The notes under the pieces: model-generated
Told to the model about the DNA's origin: nothing
The model's input: the letters and a program-made list of their open reading frames with translations, nothing else
The model's database searches: none
Program-made: the position numbers and the translations under genes
DNA from: Lingula anatina
Taxonomy: Eukaryota; Animalia; Brachiopoda
DNA length: 64,000 nt
Assembly: GCA_051362555.1 (NCBI GenBank)
Contig: CM120642.1
Location: forward strand, 1 to 64,000
Direction of reading: 5' to 3'
Shown here: positions 14,191 to 26,077 of the stretch, piece by piece
Layout of the letters: the number at the start of each line of letters is the position of its first letter
How positions within the stretch are numbered: position 1 is the stretch's first letter

Positions 14191-14511
14191 CGACAGGATA
14201 GACACCAGATGTGGATGTAGACTTGTAGAAGTCAGGACAGGATGGTGAAGATATGTCAGCTTGCGTGGCCATGACTTCATGTGGACATGTTCCAATGGGA
14301 GCAGGGCAGGAGATGTTACGACGACATGTCCCAGTTGATGGATCAAATATCCTGGCAAATGTACACTTACGTGCGATCCAATGAAAATCAGGGTTGATAA
14401 ATGTTTGCGCACACTCGATGTACCTTGTACAGTCGTTGATGTTTGGATAGAGAACTCCCTTGTAGCGCTCACCACTACATTCCTTGCCCACAAATCCACA
14501 TGGCCAGTCCA
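14191..14511 (-). CDS. Chitin-binding type-2 (CBM14 / peritrophin-A-like) domain exon
   Basis: Acceptor catttcag|TG and donor G|gtgagt; 321 nt, phase 1-1. Encodes CSGERYKGVLYPNINDCTRYIECAQ...RKCTFARIFDPSTGTCRRNISC, with the 6-Cys CBM14 spacing and the P..DC..Y..C and C....FDP....C motifs. Confidence 0.85.
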
Positions 14512-14659
14512 CTGAAATGGACATATCGTAGTCACAGCGAATAAAAAACACGTCTAGTAATACTTGTGATTTTGAGGAAGTCATATTAAACGATAACGCA
14601 TGTCTTGTAGCAGTTATTATAGATGGTTGTGAAGAAGTCGTACTAAACGATATCACACG

Positions 14660-17600
14660 TCTGTTAACGATTGATTAACGTGAATGTGAGGAAATCATAG
14701 TAAACGATAATACACGTCTGGTAACACTTGATATACGTAAGTGTGAGGAAGTCATAGTAAACGATAACACACGTCTGGTAACGCTTGATTTATGTTAGTG
14801 TGAGGAAGTCATAGTAAACGATAGCACACGTCTGGTAACACTTGATATACGTAAGTGTGAGGAAGTCATAGTAAACGATAACACACGTCTGGTAACACTT
14901 GATTTACGTAAGTGTGAGGAAGTCATAGTAAACGATAACACTCGTCTGGTAACACTTGATATACGTAAGTGTGAGGAAGTCATAGTAAACGATAACACTC
15001 GTCTGGTAACACTTGATATACGTAAGTGTGAGGAAGTCATAGTAAACGATAACACTCGTCTGGTAACACTTGATATACGTAAGTGTGAGGAAGTCATAGT
15101 AAACGATAGCACACGTCTGGTAACACTTGATTTACGTTAGTGTGAGGATGTCATAGTAAACGATAGCACACGTCTGGTAACACTTGATTTACGTAAGTGT
15201 GAGGAAGTCATAGTAAACGATAACACACGTCTGGTAACACTTGATTTACGTTAGTGTGAGGAAGTCATAATAAACAAAAACACACGTCTGGTAACACTTG
15301 ATTTACGTAAGTGTGAGGAAGTCATAGTAAACGATAACACACGTCTGGTAACACTTGATTTACGTTAGTGTGAGGAAGTCATAGTAAACGATAACACACG
15401 TCTGGTAACACTTGATTTACGTTAGTGTGAGGAAGTCATAGTAAACGATAACACACGTCTGGTAACACTTGATTTACGTTAGTGTGAGGAAGTCATAGTA
15501 AACGATAACACACGTCTGGTAACACTTGATTTACGTTAGTGTGAGGAAGTCATAGTAAACGATAACACACGTCTGGTAACACTTGATTTACGTAAGTGTG
15601 AGGAAGTCATAGTAAACAAAAACACACGTCTGGTAACACTTGATTTACGTTAGTGTGAGGAAGTCATAGTAAACGATAACACACGTCTGGTAACACTTTA
15701 TTTACGTAAGTGTGAGGAAGTCATAGTAAACGATAACACACGTCTGGTAACACTTGATTTACGTTAGTGTGAGGAAGTCATAGTAAACGATAACACACGT
15801 CTGGTAACACTTTATTTACGTAAGTGTGAGGAAGTCATAGTAAACGATAACACACGTCTGGTAACACTTGATTTACGTTAATGTGAGGAAGTCATAATAA
15901 ACAAAAACACACGTCTGGTAACACTTGATTTACGTTAGTGTGAGGATGTCATAGTAAACGATAGCACACGTCTGGTAACACTTGATTTCTGTTAGTGTGA
16001 GGAAGTCATAGTAAACGATAGCACACGTCTGGTAACACTTGATTTACGTTAGTGTGAGGAAGTCATAGTAAACGATAGCACACGTCTGGTAACACTTGAT
16101 TTACGTTAGTGTGAGGAAGTCATAGTAAACGATAACACACGTCTGGTAACACTTGATTTACGTTAGTGTGAGGAAGTCATAGTAAACGATAGCACACGTC
16201 TGGTAACACTTGATTTACGTCGTTGTGAGGATGTCATAGTAAACGATAACACACGTCTGGTAACACTTGCTTTACGTTAGTGTGAGGAAGTCATAGTAAA
16301 CGAAAACTCACGCCTGGTAACACTTGATTTACGTTAGTGTGAGGAAGTCATAGTAAACGATAACACACGTCTGGTAACACTTGATTTACGTTAGTGTGAG
16401 GAAGTCATAGTAAACGATAGCACACGTCTGGTAACACTTGATTTACGTTAGTGTGAGGAAGTCATAGTAAACGAAAACTCACGTCTGGTAACACTTGATT
16501 TACGTTAGTGTGAGGAAGTTATAGTAAACGATAGCACACGTCTGGAAACACTTGATTTACGTTAGTGTGAGGAAGTCATAGTAAACGATAGCACACGTCT
16601 GGAAACACTTGATTTACGTTAGTGTGAGGAAGTCATAGTAAACGATAACACACGTCTGGTAACACTTGATTTACGTTAGTGTGAGGAAGTCATAGTAAAC
16701 GATAACACACGTCTGGTAACACTTTATTTACGTAAGTGTGAGGAAGTCATAGTAAACGATAACACACGTCTGGTAACACTTGATTTACGTTAGTGTGAGG
16801 AAGTCATAATAAACAAAAACACACGTCTGGTAACACTTGATTTACGTTAGTGTGAGGATGTCATAGTAAACGATAGCACACGTCTGGTAACACTTGATTT
16901 CTGTTAGTGTGAGGAAGTCATAGTAAACGATAGCGCACGTCTGGAAACACTTGATTTACGTTAGTGTGAGGAAGTCATAGTAAACGATAGCACACGTCTG
17001 GTAACACTTGATTTACGTTAGTGTGAGGAAGTCATAGTAAACGATAGCACACGTCTGGTAACACTTGATTTACGTTAGTGTGAGGAAGTCATAGTAAACG
17101 ATAACACACGTCTGGTAACACTTGATTTACGTTAGTGTGAGGAAGTCATAGTAAACGATAGCACACGTCTGGTAACACTTGATTTACGTCGTTGTGAGGA
17201 TGTCATAGTAAACGATAACACACGTCTGGTAACACTTGCTTTACGTTAGTGTGAGGAAGTCATAGTAAACGAAAACTCACGCCTGGTAACACTTGATTTA
17301 CGTTAGTGTGAGGAAGTCATAGTAAACGATAACACACGTCTGGTAACACTTGATTTACGTTAGTGTGAGGAAGTCATAGTAAACGATAGCACACGTCTGG
17401 TAACACTTGATTTACGTTAGTGTGAGGAAGTCATAGTAAACGAAAACTCACGTCTGGTAACACTTGATTTACGTTAGTGTGAGGAAGTTATAGTAAACGA
17501 TAGCACACGTCTGGAAAGACTTGATTTACGTTAGTGTGAGGAAGTCATAGTAAACGATAGCACACGTCTGGAAACACTTGATTTACGTTAGTGTGAGGAA

Positions 17601-18560
17601 GTCATAGTAAACGATAGCACACGTCTGGTAACACTTGCTTTACGTTAGTGTGAGGAAGTCATAGTAAACGAAAACTCACGCCTGGTAACACTTGATTTAC
17701 GTTAGTGTGAGGAAGTCATAGTAAACGATAGCACACGTCTGGAAACACTTGATTTACGTTAGTGTGAGGAAGTCATAGTAAACGATAGCACACGTCTGGA
17801 AACACTTGATTTACGTTAGTGTGAGGAAGTCATAGTAAACGATAGCACACGTCTGGTAACACTTGATTTACGTTAGTGTGAGGAAGTCATAGTAAACGAT
17901 AACACACGTCTGGTAACACTTGATTTACGTTAGTGTGAGGAAGTCATAGTAAACGATAACACACGTCTGGTAACACTTGATTTACGTTAGTGTGAGGAAG
18001 TCATAGTAAACGATAGCACACGTCTGGTAACACTTGATTTACGTTAGTGTGAGGAAGTCATAGTAAACGAAAACTCACGTCTGGTAACACTTGATTTACG
18101 TTAGTGTGAGGAAGTCATAGTAAACGATAGCACACGTCTGGTAACACTTGATTTACGTAAGTGTGAGGATGTCATAGTAAACGATAACACACGTCTGGTA
18201 ACACTTGATTTACGTAAGTGTGAGGAAGTCATAGTAAACGATAGCACACGTCTGGTAACACTTTATTTACGTAAGTGTGAGGAAGTCATAGTAAACGATA
18301 GCACACGTCTGGTAACACTTGATTTACGTTAGTGCGAGGAAGTCATAGTGAACGATAACACACGTCTGGTAACACTTGATTTACGTAAGTGTGAGGATGT
18401 CATAGTAAACGATAGCACACGTCTGGTAACACTTGATTTATGTTAGTGTGAGGAAGTCATAGTAAACGAAAACTCACGTCTGGTAACACTTGATTTACGT
18501 TAGTGTGAGGATGTCATAGTAAACGATAGCACACGTCTGGTAACACTTGATTTACGCGGA
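14660..18560. repeat. 57-bp minisatellite, ~68 copies, with higher-order structure
   Basis: Unit gtgtgaggaagtcatagtaaacgataacacacgtctggtaacacttgatttacgtta. Degenerate copies extend toward 14570. Confidence 0.99.
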
Positions 18561-18849
18561 TGTGAGACATTAAAAAGGTATATCAAAACGTGTATGATTT
18601 ATAATGGAGCCAAAAAGAAGTGACGATTAATAATGCGACCTCAATTGAAATGAAATACTTTCTTTCAAAGTGGACATTCATCTAGACGTGATAAACCACC
18701 ACAAATCACTGATAACATTATGCAAATAAAATATGTTAGCCAAAAAAAGAAACCCAAGTTATTTGTTTTGACCACAGTGCTTCAAAATTCCCAAACATGT
18801 GCATGTTAGTATTGTCTCGGTATTCAGTGACAGAACACTATCTCAGTCT

Positions 18850-19230
18850 TGCAGTGGTGTACTGATAGTTTGAGTGATGCCAGACAATGGATTACTTTAG
18901 ATTTTCAGGCATATCACCTGAACACACTATGGGACAAATGTCTTGTATTATTCATTTGTCCACGAAATCTGGGAAAAACTGGGCGGACGATTTAAAACTG
19001 GCGTGACAGGAATGGTAATGGATATCCGGGCTCCCAAATGATTAACATAGGTTAGGGTTAGTTGGAGTATTGGGGTAAGTATATGGGAGGAATGTCACCT
19101 GTACAAAATAATAGGAAGCGGACTACGGTTCCTAGCGGACTCGCATTCCTGTTTCACCGGCAGCCACAGCCTACCAACGCCAAAGAATTAAAAGCTGCAC
19201 TGGCGGAAGAATGGAGAAGAATGATTTATA
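18850..19230 (+). mobile_element. Tc1/mariner transposase C-terminal remnant
   Basis: Contains tcacctgaac...ctatgggac (SPDLNPIE..WD-like) and RQPQPTNAKELKAALAEEWRRM, typical of the Tc1 C-terminal helix. Interrupted and decayed. Confidence 0.55.
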
Positions 19231-19244
19231 AAACCTTAAAACGA

Positions 19245-19294
<50 letters not shown>

Positions 19295-19623
19295 CATGAA
19301 TGAAAATTGACCTCCATTATTTTTTTATATTTTGTGGTGATTTTATCTACAAAGGCGAGATGGCAAGTAAATGTTGCACGTTTTGCATTTGAACTGTCTA
19401 GTGCACATCAGAGGTATTAACAGCGTGTTGGTTTGTTCACTAGTTGTTTTAGGAAAGGTGATAAACCATCTCTAATTCTACACTGGCATCAGTATGCCAT
19501 GGGGGGGGGGGGGGGGGGGGCAATGATGAAAATATGCAAAATAATGTAATCGTAAATGGTAAAATTCAACGGTAGATTAAGAGAAGATAAGAGTTTATTT
19601 AACCAATTATAAAAATCTGGGGC

Positions 19624-20356
19624 AAGTTTGATAATATACAGAGTTAAAGTACCGGTAGTAATACAACAGAAAAATTAAGAGTTTGGTTTAGAGAACAAGT
19701 TTGATAATATACAGAGTTAAAGAACCGGTAGTAATACAACAGATAAATTAAGAGTTTGGTTTAGAGAACAAGTTTGATAATATACAGAGTTAAAGAACCG
19801 GTAGTAATACAACAGATAAATTAAGAGTTTGGTTTAGAGAACAAGTTTGATAATATACAGAGTTAAAGAACCGGTAGTAATACAACAGATAAATTAAGAG
19901 TTTGGTTTAGAGAACAAGTTTGATAATATACAGAGTTAAAGAACCGGTAGTAATACAACAGATAAATTAAGAGTTTGGTTTAGAGAACAAGTTTGATAAT
20001 ATACAGAGTTAAAGAACCGGTAGTAATACAACAGATAAATTAAGAGTTTGGTTTAGAGAACAAGTTTGATAATATACAGAGTTAAAGAACCGGTAGTAAT
20101 ACAACAGATAAATTAAGAGTTTGGTTTAGAGAACAAGTTTGATAATATACAGAGTTAAAGAACCGGTAGTAATACAACAGATAAATTAAGAGTTTGGTTT
20201 AGAGAACAAGTTTGATAATATACAGAGTTAAAGAACCGGTAGTAATACAACAGATAAATTAAGAGTTTGGTTTAGAGAACAAGTTTGATAATATACAGAG
20301 TTAAAGTACCGGTAGTAATACAACAGATAAATTAAGAGTTTGGTTTAGAGAACAAA
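19624..20356. repeat. 73-bp minisatellite, ~10 nearly identical copies
   Basis: Unit caagtttgataatatacagagttaaagaaccggtagtaatacaacagataaattaagagtttggtttagagaa. Confidence 0.97.
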
Positions 20357-22367
20357 TTAAAATGCGTTACTGCAATTGGATAAATTAAAGCTGTTTAAAA
20401 AGCGTTTACGTGCGTTTACTGTTAGGAGTCTACTATTGCTTGGTAAAAAAAGTAAAAAGTAGTCATGCTGGATGAGCAGAGTCTTCCATGGTGTTCACAG
20501 TTCTTTTATCCAGTCTGTCTTTAAATATATCATCCAACTTTGGGTAGATCTTGACCGATAATCTTGCTTGCAGTTTTTACAACGTTTGTTAGTTTATTCC
20601 AAGTGAATGTAAAATTGCTTGTGAATATCATTCAAACTGAAAAAAGTGTGACGCAACTTTAACTTTAATAATTTCATATTATTTGCAAGGTAAAAAGTCA
20701 CGTCCGCTATCTCGACATTATGGAGTTTATAACTGGATACGTTAAGTGGCTTTCTCTACTTAATGGAAGAAAATGTGTCTAAAATTACAACCAATGCTAA
20801 TGTGTTAATGCTTAAAAAGAATCAGTAAATGTTCAACCAAATATCAATTTGGTTTAAAAGGCAAGTGGGCGTACGCCTGAAGATAGCGTGAATTACTCAA
20901 AGCACACTTGCTTTACATGGTAGTGCCCGACATGTTTCAGGTTCACTCAACCAACTGTTGTTAACTTGTTATTGTAAGATTCACTAGCTAATTTGGGATT
21001 TATGTATATATTATATACCACCAATGAAGTGAAATGCTTTATACACGGTATATTAAATAATTTCATGTTGACATATCATAAAGCGTGCTCAACTTTGCTA
21101 CAAACTCCTCCGAGTGTATTTGTTAAGAAAAGATCGTGGTCATTAATATGATTATAAACGCTACATTAAGTTATTACCAACCAGTTATTACGTTACGTTT
21201 TGTATACGTCAAAATGACTGGAAACGAAACTTGGCTCAGTCGTGTAAAGTATGTGAGTTTGTGACACGAGGCCGCACGACATCTCACTGAACCGAAATAA
21301 GTACAGTTACTTTCAAGTCGTTGATGATTAGATCTTTTAGGAAATGAAATACTTTTTATTTTTCCTTTTCCGTAAAATAAATGTGACTTTCGTACCGAAC
21401 TGATAACTGTTGTTGTGGCTGAGAAAATTAAGGAAAAACACGAAAGCAGTGGATGTCGCCTAGAGTGTGATGGTAAATACAAGAATCCGCTTCATAAAAT
21501 AATAATAATAATAATAATTATTATTATTATTATTATATGCAAATAAAAAAGTTGGATCGTAAAATATTATAAATGGTTAAATTCACTGAAAGAGAATATG
21601 ATTAATAAAAATGTTAATTAAAAGTGCTTAGATGAAATACAATATTGGGCACCCTTAGGATATTTACTGTAGGAAGAAGACGGATTTCCTTTCTGTCATG
21701 GGTTTTATATGCAAAAGTTAATTTCCCCGGCCCCATGCGTCATCTGGGACTCGAGACTTTCCGTTACCATGGTTCATGATGACGCCATGACTGACGTACT
21801 CTCTCACTCTCAGTACGTACGTGTTTCTTCTTATAGTGATCAAATGCAATTTTCAGAAATTATTTCTCGCAAAAATATTGCACTGAACATTCTAGAATTT
21901 GAACCCGCGTACAGGCGTCTAGTTGTGTCAGATCAAATAAAAACTTTCACTTCGTCACGGAGATGACCAGTTTGTATATATCTGCAGTTACAATCGATAG
22001 CCAGAAAGCCGTTCAAATGTATTTCATCCCGCGCAACGCCAATTCCCGATCATGGTATTATCTCCAATTTTGATGTATTTGATGTGAACGAGGCCTTGTT
22101 TGATAAGCCGACCTAGATAGATTTGACATTCTTTTATGTTGAGATTTAGTTTTGCTTCACCTATGACGTAAAAGAGCACAATGCTCCACACCTTGACGGT
22201 TTTCGTTTGAGCAAGCCCAGAAGAAGACGGAATCATTTAAAAACGTTCAAATGTGAAAAAGTTGTTACGCCTTATATTTAATCAAATGCTACGATGCGAA
22301 TTTTGAGAAAAACATATTTGGCAAGTAATTCTACCGAGGAGATATATTATTTGTCTGCTGAACGCAG

Positions 22368-22614
22368 GTTGCAGGTGGTATGACAGTGCAGACAGTATTA
22401 GTACACTATAGTCATAGTAAACGATAGCACACGTCTGGAAACACTTGATTTACGTTAGTACACACGTTAGTTGCAGGTGGTATGACAGTGCTGACAGTAT
22501 TAGTACACTATAGTCATAGTAAACGATAGCACACGTCTGGAAACACTTGATTTACGTTAGTACACACGTTAGTTGCAGGTGGTATGACAGTGCAGACAGT
22601 ATTAGTACACTATA
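22368..22614. repeat. 102-bp composite tandem repeat (2.4 copies) containing part of the 57-bp unit
   Basis: gttgcaggtggtatgacag starts at 22368, 22470 and 22572. Each full copy embeds gtcatagtaaacgatagcacacgtctggaaacacttgatttacgttag. Confidence 0.93.
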
Positions 22615-22964
22615 TGCTGTTTTCCAACCACCAAATTCCTTTTATACCAAATGTGTATATATTAACTGATTTCCAAACCTTTTTTTTGCTTGTGGACGTT
22701 TGACGTCGTTTGTGGACGTTCGTTGTCGTTAATTAGGAGGCGAGGAGACCATCGGGAATCAGCGGCATCGCTTTTGAAGTGAGGTAGGCCATATTTATTC
22801 GTATAAGTACTCGGATCATCTTTTCTGAATTGCTCTAGGCCTAGGTGGACTGCTAGGTGAAACCAGTATAGCGGCCAGGACACTCTTATCAATGTTAGAT
22901 AGACCGACCCCCCTGACCCTATGCATGGGTGTCTGGTATCATTAGTGGAACAATTTACAGGATT

Positions 22965-23680
22965 GTTAGACATTACCAGTAGAACTATATACCGGATTGT
23001 GAGCATTGTTTGCAGACATTACCAGTGGTAATATATACCGGACTGTTAGCATTGTATGTAGACATTACCAGTGGAACCATATTCCGGATTGTTAGCATTG
23101 TTTGCAGACATTACCAGTGGTAATATATACCGGACTGTTAGCATTGTATGTAGACATTACCAGTGGAACCATATTCCGGATTGTTAGCATTGTTTGCAGA
23201 CATTACCAGTGGTAATATATACCGGACTGTTAGCATTGTATGTAGACATTACCAGTGGAACCATATACCGGATTGTTAGCATTCTATGTAGACATTACCA
23301 TTAAAACTATATACCGGATTGTTAGCATTGTTTGCAGACATTACCAGTGGTACTATATACCGGGTTGTTGGCATTGTTTCTAGACATTACTAGTGGAACT
23401 ATATACCGGATTGTTAGCATTGTTTCTAGACATTACCAGTGGAACTATATACCGGGTTGTTGGCATTGTTTCTAGACATTACCAGTGGAACTTAATACCG
23501 GATTGTTAGCATTGTTTGTAGACATTACCAGTAGAACTATATACCGGATTGTAAGCGTTGTATTAAGACTCTACCAGTGGAACTATATACTGGATTGTTA
23601 GCATTGTATTTAGACATTACCAGTGGAACTATATACCGGATTGTTAGCATTGTCTGAAGCTATCATCAGTGGAACTATTT
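22965..23680. repeat. 46-bp minisatellite, ~15 copies
   Basis: Unit gacattaccagtggaactatataccggattgttagcattgtttgca. Left-hand copies alternate as a 92-bp dimer. Confidence 0.95.
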
Positions 23681-23943
23681 ACGTGGTCGCCTCACAGGAA
23701 ATAACAGTTTACGTATCACCTAGGTTTCTTTATTTAATACAATTATCGATCCAGCGTCTCATAATAAGGCTTTGACGTTACTTAAAAATATCTTAGGCTA
23801 TATTATTCATGAATACGTCTTCAGACTATAAAAATGTACAGGCAAATTGGAAAGTGTAAGAAAATGATAATTCTGTTCTAACTTTACCATTCTAATTACT
23901 GATAGATTACCTCCTTCCAATCCGGTGACGAGTTGAAATCTAC

Positions 23944-23989
23944 CTAGAACCTCCACCAGCACAAACAAAACCAAAAGCACTCGCGGCAT
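23944..23989 (-). CDS. Candidate signal-peptide exon, possibly the first coding exon of the CBM14 gene
   Basis: Reads MPRVLLVLFVLVEVL, followed by a phase-1 donor G|gtagat. The phase matches the CBM14 exon, but linkage across 9.4 kb is inferred only. Confidence 0.4.
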
Positions 23990-24358
23990 CTTTAATTAGA
24001 CTGTATACAGAACGATCCACGGCTTACGTATAGACACTGGGAATGCTTGACGCGTTACAGCCGAGATGATGATATGTTGAGCGTCAGTATGTGGTAGATG
24101 TACAATGCTCGTCCACCTCAGATCTTCTGCTGACAGACAAGTCATGAAATGCGCCTTTTATATCACATTTCTCGTTCTAATGAAATCTGACCGGTCAGTT
24201 AGCGTCTCGTTCTCCTTACACCATCCAGGGCTGCAGAAGCAGCTTAATAATGAATTTGACACTCAATGTAAAAGGAAGTGCGCGGTAAACACTCACGATA
24301 TGGGTTTAATATGTCTTTATCAACACTTGTTTATTTCTGCACGACTTATTTCAACAAA

Positions 24359-24446
24359 TTATTGTACAACTGGTTTTCTCTCATATATCTCAAATTGATA
24401 TCTGGTTCCGTTTTCTTCGAAAGGGGTGTCCACCAACGCCTCGTCC
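24359..24446 (-). CDS. DHFR: DHFR-like last coding exon
   Basis: Acceptor aatttgtag|G; encodes DEALVDTPFEENGTRYQFEIYERKPVVQ*. Confidence 0.9.
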
Positions 24447-26037
24447 CTACAAATTAATAAAGAGCCATTGAACTCTAGGACAATGAAGTAAATGTCTCAA
24501 GTCTAGTTTTTCAAAAACGATTCTGGCAATTAAAATTTGTGGCGTCTTTAATTTTAGCACGAGAGTCGTTTTAGAAAAACCAACACTAGTCTCCGGTTAC
24601 CAGAATATTTTTTTAAGCTAATATGAAAAAAAAAATTCCTTCTGATTGTGATCAATGCGTTAGGTAGCGTTAAAATTCATGCAGTGAACAAAGAGAAGCA
24701 TTCTTTTCCAATGGTTCCTCACCGAGTCACCCTTACTATATGACGCGAACCAAAAATTAATTAACAATTCACTCTTTGTTACATGTAACATGTATAAGAC
24801 TTTAAAGTAATAGAAAATGACCTGTACAGTCTTACCTCACGTGCTGAAACTTTTCGGGATCAATCTCGGGAAAAAAGACGTCACTTTCAAATTCTCCGAA
24901 TACTCTGGTAACGTAAACTCGATGACAGAGGGGGGAGGACATTGCTGTCTGAAAATGGTGAGTTTATATTTTACGGGAGTGTAAGACCATATGAAAGCTT
25001 CTGATATTTCTGTCATATAATATACAGCACTGGTAAGTAATAACCGAAAACGTTCTACAAATTGAACATCGCATCTGTATTGAAACAAGCATGACTAAAC
25101 AATTTTGCTCTTTGATCTTCAAGGTCATTGCCGGTATGCAAACTGACCGTTGTTTTTTCCTTTCAATAAAGTACATCTGTATAAACATGTCCTCTCTCTT
25201 TGTAATATCAGAAAGGTCATCTAAACAAAATGAAACTAAATATCGCACCATGTGCCACAATACCGCAGAGTAATTAAATAATGTACAGTCACAGTGTATT
25301 TTACCTTGTAGACGTGACTGTCACCCATCACCCACACACGACTAGTACTTTACCTTGTACACGTGACTGTCACCCAGTACCCACACACGACCAGTACTTT
25401 ACATTGTACACGTGACTGTTACCCATCATTCACACATGACCAGTACTTAACCTTGTAGACGTGACAGTCACCAATCATTCACACATGACCAGTACTTTAC
25501 CTTGTAGACGTGACTGTCACCCATCATTCACACATGACCAGTACTTTACCTTGTAGACGTGACTGTCACCCATCATTCACACATGACCAATACTTTACCT
25601 TGTAGACGTGACTGTCACCCATCATTCACACATGACCAGTACTTTACGTTGTAGACGTGACTGTCACCCATCATCCACACATGACCAGTACTTTACCTTG
25701 TAGACGTGACTGTCACCCATCATTCACACATGACCAGTACTTTACCTTGTAGACGTGACTGTCACCCATCATTCACACATGACCAGTACTTTACCTTGTA
25801 GACGTTGCTGCCACCCAGCACCCACACATTCTCTGCGTCTTCTGCCGCCAGGGACCACGACAACGCCTCCTCAAACGATTTCGCAATGTGATGGACGTGT
25901 TCAGGTCGTTTTCTGGAAATACAGATGTACATAATCGTAAGGCCTTGGGATGAGCAAGTGCTCCGCTCACCCCACTTTTAGAACCTCTATCGGTATGTAT
26001 ACACTGTATACATGTGTACATGTACACAATAAATAAA

Positions 26038-26077
<40 letters not shown>

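Noticed and set aside
19047-19062. Short TTAGGG-like words (also at ~10637-10651)
   Set aside because: At most two units, as expected by chance or within transposons; not an interstitial telomere.
21497-21536. (AAT)n(TAT)n palindromic microsatellite
   Set aside because: A common low-complexity fold-back with no evidence of function.
21700-22240. Faint C-type-lectin-like words on the minus strand (EHCALL, LECSVQYFCEK)
   Set aside because: They are interrupted by stops with no consistent exon structure, too weak to call without a profile search.
24158-24230. Alternative DHFR last exon (PGWCKENETL...)
   Set aside because: Exon 24359-24446 gives the canonical EENG..Y.FE.YE ending, and this one has no DHFR similarity.
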